Notes under the pieces: model-generated
Database searches by the model: none
What the model saw: the letters and a program-made list of their open reading frames with translations, nothing else
What the model was told of the DNA's origin: nothing
Origin: a virus
Taxonomy: Duplodnaviria > Caudoviricetes
Direction: 5' to 3' (one strand)
Length of the DNA: 26,720 nt
Virus record (IMG/VR): IMGVR_UViG_3300014720_000155
Coordinates: 1 to 26,720 of that record
Translations under genes and position numbers: made by a program
Part shown: one piece after another, positions 1-9,200 of the stretch
Numbering within the stretch: the first letter of the stretch is position 1
How the letters are laid out: each line of letters opens with the position of its first letter

Positions 1-2
1 TA

Positions 3-2117
3 GGTATAGGTACAACAAGTCCTGCTGCCAAGTTACATATAAGCGGTTCGTCGAATGATCAACTTCCTCAACTTATAGTACACGGAGTTGGTGCAGCTTC
101 TATGTTTAACTGGGCATCTACATTTATAAACGCATCATTGGGTTCAAGTAGAAATTATATTTCATTGATTGGACAAGCGTTAAGCACAAGAAATAGTGGA
201 TATATTGGATTTAACCACTCAGGCACATCTGGGTCAACAACAAACTTTTTGACGTTCGGATTATATGGAGTTGATAACATTTTAAATATAAATGGTTCCG
301 GTAATGTAGGTATAGGCACAACAAATCCTACTGATGCTTTATACGTTCTAAGAGCAAGTGGAGACTCCAGTGCTACATTTAGAGCAGCAAGTGGTGGAGC
401 TGAAATAAATCTTGATGCATCTAACGGATATGCTGCTTTAAAACTTTATGCATCTGGAACAGAAAAATGGAGAGTGGGTCAAGTAAATGATTCAACTGGA
501 TTCCAAATTTTTCAAGGCGGAACTGGCACTAGAGTATATATTAATTCAAGTGGTAATGTAGGTATAGGTACAACAACGCCACGGAGTTTATTGGAAGTTG
601 CTGCAGCAGCAACTGCAAAAGTATCGGTAACAAATACGAATAGTAGTAGATCTGGTTCATTTGGTATAGATGGTAATAGTGTTTATATAAGAAATTCAAA
701 TAACGGTGATTATTTTGATTTACAAAATGCATCGGGAACATCCAAGTTTAGATTAATTTATGATAGTTCTACACATTTAAATACAACCTATGTATCTATC
801 GGCAATTTAAGTAGTGTAGGTAGTAAATTAAGCGTATTTGGTAATACAAGTATTGGAAGTACATATGGTGGAACAACTGCACCTTCAAATGGTTTAATTG
901 TTGAAGGTAATGTTGGTATAGGTACAACCAGTCCTGGTGCAACTCTTCATGTAAGTGGTAGTACGAGAGTAAGCGCGGGTGAATTACAGATAGAAGGCAA
1001 TAATGCTGCGTTAAGATTATATAGAACTTCGGGTATAAATTATTTTGATTGGGCATCAGGTCAAAATTTCTATTTGGGAACTGTTACATCCATCGGCGGG
1101 GCAGGTCGAAGCAATAAGATGGTTATATTGGATAGTGGTAATGTAGGTATAGGAACAAGTAGTCCTGCTACATTATTAAATATATCTTCTACAAGTGCAG
1201 ATGGTGGAAAAATTCTAATTCAAAGCGGAACACTGACAAATAATAATCGTGCTGCACTTTTTATGTCAGCAACAAATGTCAATGGACAGGTTGGAAATGT
1301 GAGTATTGAGTGTATCCATCCGAACAACCAACAATCTGATATGGTTTTTCGAACAGGAGCAACAGATACCACTTCATTTGGAACGGAAAGAATGCGCATT
1401 GATACTACAGGTAATGTTGGTATTGGAACTACGTCACCCGTAAATAAATTACACGTAAGTGGGTCATCGACTAATTTACCGCTAAAATTAGAGGGTTTAA
1501 CAAGTAACGCAACTGGTTACTTTTTAACAGTTGACAATACTACCGGTGTCGTATATAAATCAACTAGTGGTGCAAATGGCACTAGTGGTACAAACGGAGG
1601 ATCTGGAACCAGTGGTACCAGTGGTACCAGTGGTGCAAATGGAAGTAATGGATCAAGCGGAAGTAGTGGTTCGACAGGATCTCCTGGAACTAGTGGTACC
1701 AGTGGTGCAAATGGAAGTAATGGATCAAGCGGAAGTAGTGGTTCGACAGGATCTCCTGGAACCAGTGGTACTAGTGGTACAACAAGCATAAAAGCTTGGG
1801 TACATTTTGATGGAACTGGTACATCTGGTACAAGTGGTATATCACCAAACGCTTCAAACAACGTAAGTAGTATAACAGACAATGGTACCGGTGATTATAC
1901 TATTAATTTTTCAAGTGCATTTGCCAATGCATTTTATGTTGTTTCGGGTACAGTTACATATGATTATGAAAATCCTGGAACATCTATAAATAACATGTTT
2001 ATAGCAGTACCTAGAAGACCCACTGCGCAAGCGGCGGGTAGTTGTAGAATTGTTACGCCCGGGTATGATAACGTTTTATATGACTGTAAATATGTTAGAG
2101 TATCATTCTCAAATTAA
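3..2117 (+). CDS. Tail fibre / receptor-binding protein, 5'-truncated (frame is open from position 3, upstream of the track start at 102)
   Basis: Position 3 reads GIGTTSPAAKLHISG in frame; GNVGIGT(T/S) module-junction repeats at 300, 552, 906, 1137 and 1410; G-x-x collagen-like G/S/T tract; C-terminal domain KAWVHFDG...NVSSITDNGTGDYTINF typical of phage fibre tips. Confidence 0.8.
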   Translation, partial: GIGTTSPAAKLHISGSSNDQLPQLIVHGVGAASMFNWASTFINASLGSSRNYISLIGQALSTRNSGYIGFNHSGTSGSTTNFLTFGLYGVDNILNINGSGNVGIGTTNPTDALYVLRASGDSSATFRAASGGAEINLDASNGYAALKLYASGTEKWRVGQVNDSTGFQIFQGGTGTRVYINSSGNVGIGTTTPRSLLEVAAAATAKVSVTNTNSSRSGSFGIDGNSVYIRNSNNGDYFDLQNASGTSKFRLIYDSSTHLNTTYVSIGNLSSVGSKLSVFGNTSIGSTYGGTTAPSNGLIVEGNVGIGTTSPGATLHVSGSTRVSAGELQIEGNNAALRLYRTSGINYFDWASGQNFYLGTVTSIGGAGRSNKMVILDSGNVGIGTSSPATLLNISSTSADGGKILIQSGTLTNNNRAALFMSATNVNGQVGNVSIECIHPNNQQSDMVFRTGATDTTSFGTERMRIDTTGNVGIGTTSPVNKLHVSGSSTNLPLKLEGLTSNATGYFLTVDNTTGVVYKSTSGANGTSGTNGGSGTSGTSGTSGANGSNGSSGSSGSTGSPGTSGTSGANGSNGSSGSSGSTGSPGTSGTSGTTSIKAWVHFDGTGTSGTSGISPNASNNVSSITDNGTGDYTINFSSAFANAFYVVSGTVTYDYENPGTSINNMFIAVPRRPTAQAAGSCRIVTPGYDNVLYDCKYVRVSFSN
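1620..1771 (+). repeat. 72-bp in-frame tandem duplication within the G-x-x tract
   Basis: 1620-1690 is identical to 1692-1762; the unit encodes SGTSGANGSNGSSGSSGSTGSPGT. Confidence 0.95.
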
Positions 2118-2131
2118 AATAACTAATATAC

Positions 2132-2160
2132 TTGACTTTATGTTTTATATTAAGTATAAG
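2132..2160 (+). promoter_or_regulatory. Sigma70-like promoter
   Basis: TTGACT (2132-2137), 17-bp spacer, TATAAG (2155-2160), in an intergenic region. Confidence 0.55.
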
Positions 2161-2259
2161 CAAAGCTAGCGCTTGTTGCATTGTTATGTGAATGTTATTA
2201 AATTTTAATTAATAAATTATATAACTGTTAAAATTAAAACTAAGCGCTTAAGGTGCTAC

Positions 2260-2267
2260 TATTTATT
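2260..2267 (+). promoter_or_regulatory. TATTTAT(A/T) putative late-promoter motif
   Basis: TATTTATT 4 nt before the ATG at 2272; the motif recurs before other genes. Confidence 0.5.
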
Positions 2268-2271
2268 ATAA

Positions 2272-3435
2272 ATGATTATTAATAAGCATAAAATATATTT
2301 GGATATGGATGGCGTAATAAGTGATTGGGAATCACAGTTTAAGCGCTATAGCGGTGGTGTGCCTGTAGAAACTTATGATGTTGAACACGGTAAGAAGAAT
2401 AGATTTAAGTTTGTAGATAAAAACTGTCCTGAATATTATGCTACAATGCCTTGGATGAAAGATGGCAAATTGCTTTATAATTTTGTTTCACATTTGCCTG
2501 TAGAAATATTAAGTCATGCGCCTACCAAGTTATCTTATATTGGTAAAAAGCAATGGTTGGCTAATAATAAGATAGATATTAAAGCTAATTTGGTACCGCA
2601 TAGAAACTTAAAAGCGAAGTTTGCAACTGTTGATAGTATCTTGATAGATGACCGAGAAGATAATATAAATGATTTTATTAATGCTGGCGGTAAAGCAATA
2701 TTGCATAAAAATGCTATAGATACTATCAATCAACTAAAAGAAATGTTGGGTATCAAAGAAAAACATAGAATTTATAATAGTATTTTAAATCCTGAAATTT
2801 GGGCAACTGAAGATGTAATAAAGACTGAAGTGCTAAATAAACTATTAACCATTGCCAATACTTTCTATAAAGATACTGATTTGAATGTACCCCTTGAAGA
2901 TGTTTATTTTCTTGGTAGTACCGCTGGGTATAATTGGACACCAACTAGCGATATAGATTTGCATTTGATTGTAGATTTTTCTAAAATTGATGATAATAAA
3001 GAACTTGTTAAGAATTATGTAGATGGATTAAAGAGCAAATGGAACGAATCACACGATATTAGAATTGGCAATCATCCGGTAGAAGTTTATATTCAAGATA
3101 TTAGTGAAGTCAATAGAAGTCAAGCTGTATATAGTTTGATGAAAAATCACTGGGTAAAAAAACCAAAAGTTGAAGATATACAGATAGATAAAGCTGCTAT
3201 TTCGAAGAAATACAAAGAATATGTAACATTTATTAATACTGCTATAAAAGAACAAGATTTGGATAAATTAAAGCGGTTGGTAAAGCGGTTATATGAAATG
3301 CGTCAAGCTGGATTGGATAAGAGTGGGGAGTATAGTACAGAGAACTTGGTATTCAAACTTTTGAGATCCACTGGGTACGTTAATCAACTAAAAGATACTA
3401 TAACCAATATTACAGATAAAAATTTGAGTAAATGA
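2272..3435 (+). CDS. Fusion of a HAD-family 5'(3')-nucleotidase-like domain and a Pol-beta-superfamily nucleotidyltransferase domain
   Basis: N-terminal IYLDMDGVISD (HAD motif I), KKQWL and LIDDREDNI (motif IV); C-terminal FLGSTAGYNWTPTSDIDLHLIVD (GS...DxD) and PVEVYIQD. Confidence 0.8.
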   Translation: MIINKHKIYLDMDGVISDWESQFKRYSGGVPVETYDVEHGKKNRFKFVDKNCPEYYATMPWMKDGKLLYNFVSHLPVEILSHAPTKLSYIGKKQWLANNKIDIKANLVPHRNLKAKFATVDSILIDDREDNINDFINAGGKAILHKNAIDTINQLKEMLGIKEKHRIYNSILNPEIWATEDVIKTEVLNKLLTIANTFYKDTDLNVPLEDVYFLGSTAGYNWTPTSDIDLHLIVDFSKIDDNKELVKNYVDGLKSKWNESHDIRIGNHPVEVYIQDISEVNRSQAVYSLMKNHWVKKPKVEDIQIDKAAISKKYKEYVTFINTAIKEQDLDKLKRLVKRLYEMRQAGLDKSGEYSTENLVFKLLRSTGYVNQLKDTITNITDKNLSK

Positions 3436-3467
3436 TAAAAAACTTTATATAAAAGTAAATCATTTAA

Positions 3468-3475
3468 TATTTATA
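3468..3475 (+). promoter_or_regulatory. TATTTATA putative late-promoter motif
   Basis: 23 nt before the tail tube ATG at 3499. Confidence 0.55.
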
Positions 3476-3498
3476 TTCAAGAACAATAAGGTAAAAAT

Positions 3499-3990
3499 AT
3501 GGCAGAACTACTAAATCCAAGTGAAATTTTCTCTACTAACTTTGAACCAAAGGTAAAGAACCGTTTTATTCTTTACGTTGACGGTATTCCTTCATTTATC
3601 ATCAAAAAGGTAAATAGACCAAAATTAACACAAGCTAAAAAAGAACTTGATCACATCAACATAAAAACCTATTACAAGGGTAAAAGCGTTTGGGACGAAA
3701 TTACAATGGAACTTTATGATCCAATCGTACCAAGTGGCGCTCAAGCTGTAATGGAATGGGTGCGTTTGCACCACGAATCTGTAACTGGGCGTGATGGTTA
3801 TCAAGACTTTTACAAGAAAGATTTGACCATCAACGTTCTTGGTCCAGTTGGTGACAAAGTAGAAGAATGGAAGTTGGTGGGTGCATTCATCGTAAGCGCC
3901 GATTTCCAAGAAATGGATTGGAGCGATGATGGTGCTGCTCAAATGATATCATTGAATGTAGCATACGACTACGCAATTCTTCAGTATTAA
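3499..3990 (+). CDS. Tail tube protein (T4 gp19-like)
   Basis: 163 aa; EPKVKNRFILYVDGIP...WDEITMELYDP...AVMEW...YKKDLTINVLGPVGDKVEEWKLVGAF...AYDY pattern of gp19-family tubes. Confidence 0.9.
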   Translation: MAELLNPSEIFSTNFEPKVKNRFILYVDGIPSFIIKKVNRPKLTQAKKELDHINIKTYYKGKSVWDEITMELYDPIVPSGAQAVMEWVRLHHESVTGRDGYQDFYKKDLTINVLGPVGDKVEEWKLVGAFIVSADFQEMDWSDDGAAQMISLNVAYDYAILQY

Positions 3991-4039
3991 TATTACAATC
4001 TGGTTGTTTTAGATTTTATAAATCAACTTTTATTTTCAT

Positions 4040-4070
4040 AATCCTTCTAACTAAAATTAGAAGGATTTTT
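4040..4070 (+). terminator. Intrinsic terminator after the tail tube gene
   Basis: 11-bp perfect stem AATCCTTCTAA (4040-4050) / TTAGAAGGATT (4057-4067), 6-nt loop, followed by a T run. Confidence 0.7.
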
Positions 4071-4143
4071 ATTGATTTTAATTTAAAATGGTTCATACTT
4101 ATTGTGGTCACACGAAATACGAGTGGATAAAAACAGAATAACA

Positions 4144-4151
4144 TATTTATT
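4144..4151 (+). promoter_or_regulatory. TATTTATT putative late-promoter motif
   Basis: 5 nt before the ATG at 4157. Confidence 0.5.
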
Positions 4152-4156
4152 AACAT

Positions 4157-5131
4157 ATGCAACTTAATAAAAAAACATTCGTAATATTTCCTGGAAGATT
4201 TCACCCATGGCATAACGGTCACAAAAGTGTATATAATTATTTAAGCACCAAATTTGGTGGTAATGATGTATACGTAACCACAACGGGGGTAATTGAATTG
4301 CCAAAGTCGCCTTTTTCATTTGACGAGAAAAGAGAAATGATGATGGCAACTGGCATACCAGCCAACAAAATACTAAATGTAAAGAACAACTACAACTTGC
4401 AAAGTGTATCAAATCAGATACCAATCAATATTGAACGTGATAGTATTATTTTTGCGGTTAGTCAAAAGGATATGGCTGAAGATCCAAGATTCAAGAGTTT
4501 TGTTAAAAAAGACGGATCTCCTTCATATTTACAACCAATGCCAAAAAACGAAAGTAAATTGGAACCTGCAATTAAACACGGTTACTTAATTACAGTACCA
4601 ACAACAGATTTTACAGTATTAGGATTACCCGCAAGAAGTGCAAGTCAATTAAGATCACAATACTCGACGCTAAATACTGAGCAACAAATAGCATTTATTA
4701 TGGATTTATTCGGAAGTTACAATCCAAAGATACATCGTATATTAAACAACAAGTTGGGTAATACCAGTGGTAAATTGACTGAAAAGCAAAAGAAGTTATT
4801 AAAGAAGTTGATTGTGGGTATGCTAAGAGAGGACTTGTCAAACAACGATTTCAATAATTCTAAAACACACTATACTGGTATAAAACCAAATGTAGTAAAA
4901 AGTATTTATAACATATTAAAACCTATGAATGAAGTAAAGAGACAAAAGTTAAAAGACATTATTAAACGAATAATTAAAGAAGAAGATGGGTTCATGAATG
5001 CTTTGATTGGACCAGAATCCGATTTCAAGAATACACTTAATAAAATTAATTCCAGAGCTGGTATTTTAGCAAAAGCTGCTCAAAAAGCTGCTCAAGACGC
5101 TAAAGCTGATGTTGGTGATACAAATAAATAA
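4157..5131 (+). CDS. HxGH-motif (cytidylyl/adenylyl)transferase-like protein with a charged helical C-terminal extension
   Basis: VIFPGRFHPWHNGH (GRFxPxHxGH), SPFSFDEKREMM and SASQLR are hallmarks of the HUP/HIGH nucleotidyltransferase fold; substrate unknown. Confidence 0.75.
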   Translation: MQLNKKTFVIFPGRFHPWHNGHKSVYNYLSTKFGGNDVYVTTTGVIELPKSPFSFDEKREMMMATGIPANKILNVKNNYNLQSVSNQIPINIERDSIIFAVSQKDMAEDPRFKSFVKKDGSPSYLQPMPKNESKLEPAIKHGYLITVPTTDFTVLGLPARSASQLRSQYSTLNTEQQIAFIMDLFGSYNPKIHRILNNKLGNTSGKLTEKQKKLLKKLIVGMLREDLSNNDFNNSKTHYTGIKPNVVKSIYNILKPMNEVKRQKLKDIIKRIIKEEDGFMNALIGPESDFKNTLNKINSRAGILAKAAQKAAQDAKADVGDTNK

Positions 5132-5176
5132 AATAACATAAAAGTTATATAAAGATCTATATATTGTTATAAAGTT

Positions 5177-5998
5177 ATGAGCGATGAAATCATTATACAA
5201 AAATTAAAGCAACAACACACTTCTACTGCTACGACAACTGTAAGTTCATATCCAGCTGAAACCATAGAATTGCCATCGAAAGGTTATTTTTATGAAGACG
5301 CTAATCCATTGAGTCGTGGTAGTCTTGAATTGAAGATGATGACGGCTAGAGAAGAAGATATTTTAACCAATGAAAATTTCATCAAAAATGGTACTGTATT
5401 GGATAAACTACTCGAAAGTTTGATTGTTACACCAGGTGTAAAAATACAAGATTTGTTGATGGTGGATAAAAATGCTTTGTTTATTGCAGCGAGAAGATTG
5501 GCGTATGGTGATAAATATGGACCTGTGAAGATTAACTGTAAAAGTTGTGGTACCGAAAATAAAACATTTATTGATTTAAGCACATTAAATGAAAAAGATA
5601 TCGACTTTAATAAGTTTCAAAAAGGTACCAATGAATTTGAGTTTGAGTTTCCGTATTGCAAGAGACGAATTACATTTAAATTGGTAACAAGTGGTGATCA
5701 AGAAAGTATTGATCGTGACATAAAAGCGTTAACTAAGATTAAAAAGCAAGCGAGCGCTGAAGTTACAACTCGTTTTAAAAAACTCATTGTTAGTATTGAT
5801 GGTAAGACTGATATTGCTGCTATCAACAAATTTGTGGATAACGAGTTGTTATCAAAAGACAGTATGGCATTAAGAGCCTATATTAAAACAATTGCGCCTG
5901 AATTGGATATGGGATTTGATTTTGTATGTGAACACTGTGGTGAGGTGGAAAGGATGGATGTACCGATGACGGTACAGTTTTTTTGGCCTGAATCCTGA
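5177..5998 (+). CDS. Baseplate hub assembly / tail-assembly chaperone (T4 gp26-like) with CxxC motifs
   Basis: IELPSKG, MTAREEDIL, DKNALFIAARRLAYG, CKSC and CEHC; lies between the tail tube and tape measure genes. Confidence 0.7.
   Translation: MSDEIIIQKLKQQHTSTATTTVSSYPAETIELPSKGYFYEDANPLSRGSLELKMMTAREEDILTNENFIKNGTVLDKLLESLIVTPGVKIQDLLMVDKNALFIAARRLAYGDKYGPVKINCKSCGTENKTFIDLSTLNEKDIDFNKFQKGTNEFEFEFPYCKRRITFKLVTSGDQESIDRDIKALTKIKKQASAEVTTRFKKLIVSIDGKTDIAAINKFVDNELLSKDSMALRAYIKTIAPELDMGFDFVCEHCGEVERMDVPMTVQFFWPES
5978..5987 (+). other. Candidate programmed frameshift site TTT TTT T GG C
   Basis: T7 run at 5978-5984 near the end of the chaperone gene; the +1 frame is closed by TGA at 5967-5969 and stays open to 6197. 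Confidence 0.6.
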
Positions 5999-6197
5999 AT
6001 ATAAGGTTCAAGTTCACAAACAAATATTTGAATTGAGTTACTTCTCGCAAGGAGCAGTAAATGTACAAATTGCTTATACTTTACCAGTATTTTTGCGCAA
6101 TTTTTATTATGCTCAGTTGGCTGAAATAAAGAACAGAGAAAGTGATAGTTACAAAGAACCTGTTAAAAAGAGTGGTAAAGTAGACAAGCCTTTTTAG
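5985..6197 (+). CDS. Start-less 70-codon ORF, gp51-like / gpT-like C-terminal extension of the chaperone
   Basis: Manual translation GLNPEYKVQVHKQIFELSYFSQGAVNVQIAYTLPVFLRNFYYAQLAEIKNRESDSYKEPVKKSGKVDKPF*; no in-frame ATG or GTG; fills the gap before the tape measure gene; not in the ORF track. Confidence 0.7.
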   Translation, partial: GLNPEYKVQVHKQIFELSYFSQGAVNVQIAYTLPVFLRNFYYAQLAEIKNRESDSYKEPVKKSGKVDKPF

Positions 6198-6218
6198 TGT
6201 AAAATGATAGTGTTGCCA

Positions 6219-6226
6219 TATTTATA
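6219..6226 (+). promoter_or_regulatory. TATTTATA putative late-promoter motif
   Basis: 6 nt before the tape measure ATG at 6233. Confidence 0.55.
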
Positions 6227-6232
6227 TATTAT

Positions 6233-9200
6233 ATGGCAGCACAACCATTTGATAAAGAAACAATAGATAAAATAACATCGGCGTTTAATAACTTAAACTC
6301 CGAAACTACTAAGACATTATCTCAACTTGAAGCGAGTGTTGAGGCTGAGAAACAAATGGTTGATATAGCTAAGCAACTCGGTCAAGTATATAAAACACAA
6401 CAAGATAAGCTTAACGATCAGTTAAAAGGAAAAAATTTACAAGAAAAATTACAAGAAAAACTAAAAAATTCCGAAAAGGAATTAGCAGACTTTGCGCAGG
6501 CGCGAATCAATAGTTTTCTTAAAATAAACAGTTTACAAGAAGAATTAAATGCCACTAGTGCACAACTTCTTATAGAACAAAATAAAGACCCGCATAGTGA
6601 TAAGGTTAAACAATTACTTAATACGATTCAATTAAAAGAAAAAGAGTTAAATTTAGAAAAAGACTTACTAAAGTCTAGTAAGGATACCTTAGATGTAATG
6701 CAAGAACAGGTAGATACTCAAAAATCTCTCAATGATATTTTAGGAAAGACAGTTGGGTTAATTGGTGATGCAATGGCCGAATTAAAAATACCAACATCTT
6801 TTAGTGGTCTGTTAAAACAAACATACGAAATATTCAAAGAAATCGATAAAGTTACAACAGAAGTAAGAAAAAAATTTGCACTATTTAGATCAGACGCTCA
6901 GGATTTAGAAAAAAGTATACGGGAAACATCTATTAGTATGGCAGATTTGGGAGTTAACGCCACAGATGTCGCTGAGACGGTAACAACATTAGGTAAAGAA
7001 TTTAGTTACGTAACTGCAAGAAATGAATCGCTTGTCAAAAGCGTTCTTACATTAAATAAACAATTTGGAATCTCTGCCGACACCAGCGCTAAATTTTTGA
7101 AAACTTTAGGTGGTATATCTGGTAGCAGCGCTCAATCTAAAGTAAATATGTTGAGTCTCGCTGGAGCTGCTGCTAAGGCTTACGGAGTTGGTTTAGATGA
7201 GGTAATGAAAGATGTGTCTGAAGCAAGTGATGACGCAAGAATGTATGCTGGAAGAAATGCGGACGAAATGGTGAGAGCGGCAGCTCAAGCTAGACAAATG
7301 GGTACAACTTTGGATAATATGGTAAAAACATCCAAGGGTTTATTAAATTTTGAAACAAGTATACAATCGGAACTAAAAGCTAGTGCATTAATTGGTAAAA
7401 ATATTAATTTTAATGAGGCGAGAAGATTAGCTTTTAACAAAGACACAATTGGAGCTAATAAATTAATACTAGAACAGGCTAAGAAGATTAAATTTAATCA
7501 ACTGAATCCAATTGCTCAAGAAGCATTTGCGGCTGCCGCTGGAAAGAGTGTCAAGGAACTTCAAGATATGTTGGAGGCGGAGACTCGTATAAAAGATGCT
7601 TTGAATTCGCAAGATCCTGTCGTTAGAAAAATAGCACAAGAAAAATTAAAAGAACAACAATCTTTAAAAACCAATTCAAAATTAGCACAACAAAAATTTG
7701 AACAAGATTTAAAAACACAAAAAAATCAAGAAAGATTAGCTGTACTCCAAAGCAAAATAAGTCAACAATTGCAAAAGCTGATGTTGCCTACACTGGAAGC
7801 AATTACAAAAGCAGCAGATGTACTAGTAGATGTTTTTGATAAATTTAAACCGGAAGAATTGATTGGACCTCTAATAAAAATTAAGTTGATGTTTGGCAAG
7901 TTTGGAACAATTCTCCGTGAATCTTTACTATTCCCACTCAGAGTTGCTGGTGGATACTTATCAAAACTCGGAGAAGTTGGTTGGATTAAAAACCTAATGT
8001 CACCTATAACAAACTTAGTTAATAATGTTAAAAAATTCATCGGTAATTTTGAATACGCAAGATCCTTAGGCTCAAATTTCTCACAATCATTTTTATCGGC
8101 TGGAGACGCTGTTGGCGGAATATTTCAAAAAATTGGTAGTCTTTTTTCAAAGATAAGTAAACCAGTTGACGGCATAATATCAACTTTTAAAACGGTAAAG
8201 TCGGTTATTTCGTCAATATTTTCTCCAATTTCCAATGCAATTAAACCTATTTTTGAAGCATTTAAATCGGTTGGAGAAGGATCTAAATTTTTAAAACCTT
8301 TATTGGGATTTTTTAAAATTGGAAAAGTTGGTATAAAAGCTGTGCCTATTGTAGGTGAAATAATAATGGCTATAGAATTTATATATAACGCGTGGAAAAG
8401 AATCAGCGCAATATTCAACGATCCGAAACTAAATATTGGTCAAAAAATATTTGCATCAATTGTTGGTTTGTACGGTGCTGTATACGATACCTTAATCCAA
8501 CCATTTATTGATATTGGCGAATGGATTATAAAAGCTGTCTGGGGAGAAAAAATATTAAATGGAATAAAAGCATCCGTGAGTTCGATTTTCGAAACACTTA
8601 AGTCGCCATTCGTAAAAGCGTATGATTGGATAATGGATATGTTAGGCGGAAAATCACCATCTAAAATTGGTTTAGCAATCGTCGATGGTATTAAATCTAT
8701 AGTGGATATGTTATTTGATTTAATTACGTATCCTTTCAAAAAAGCCACTCAAATTATCCCGGAAATGATTAATATTTTAAAAACAACATTTGTTGACGCT
8801 TTTAAATCTATAGTTGATGTATTATTTGACTTGATTACGTATCCATTTGAAAAAGCCGCTCAAATTATCCCGGAAATGATTAATATTTTAAAAACAAAAT
8901 TTGTTGACGCTTTTAAATCTATAGTGGATATGTTATTTGATTTGATTACGTATCCTTTCAAAAAAGCAGCTGAAATTATTCCAGAAATGATTGATACTTT
9001 AAAAACAAAATTTGTTGACGCTTTTAAATCTATAGTGGATATGTTATTTGATTTAATCACATATCCATTTAAAAAAGCAGCTGAAATTATTCCAGAAATG
9101 ATTGATACTTTAAAAACAACATTTGTTGACGCTTTTAAATCTATAGTTGATGTGTTGTTTGATTTGATTACGTATCCTTTCAAAAAAGCAGCTGAAATTA

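Noticed and set aside
3-2117. Diversity-generating retroelement target in the tail fibre
   Set aside because: No reverse transcriptase and no template/variable repeat pair with adenine-specific mismatches in the window
3991-4143. tRNA or structured RNA in the intergenic gap
   Set aside because: No cloverleaf or T-loop signature; only the terminator and a weak hairpin near 4109-4126
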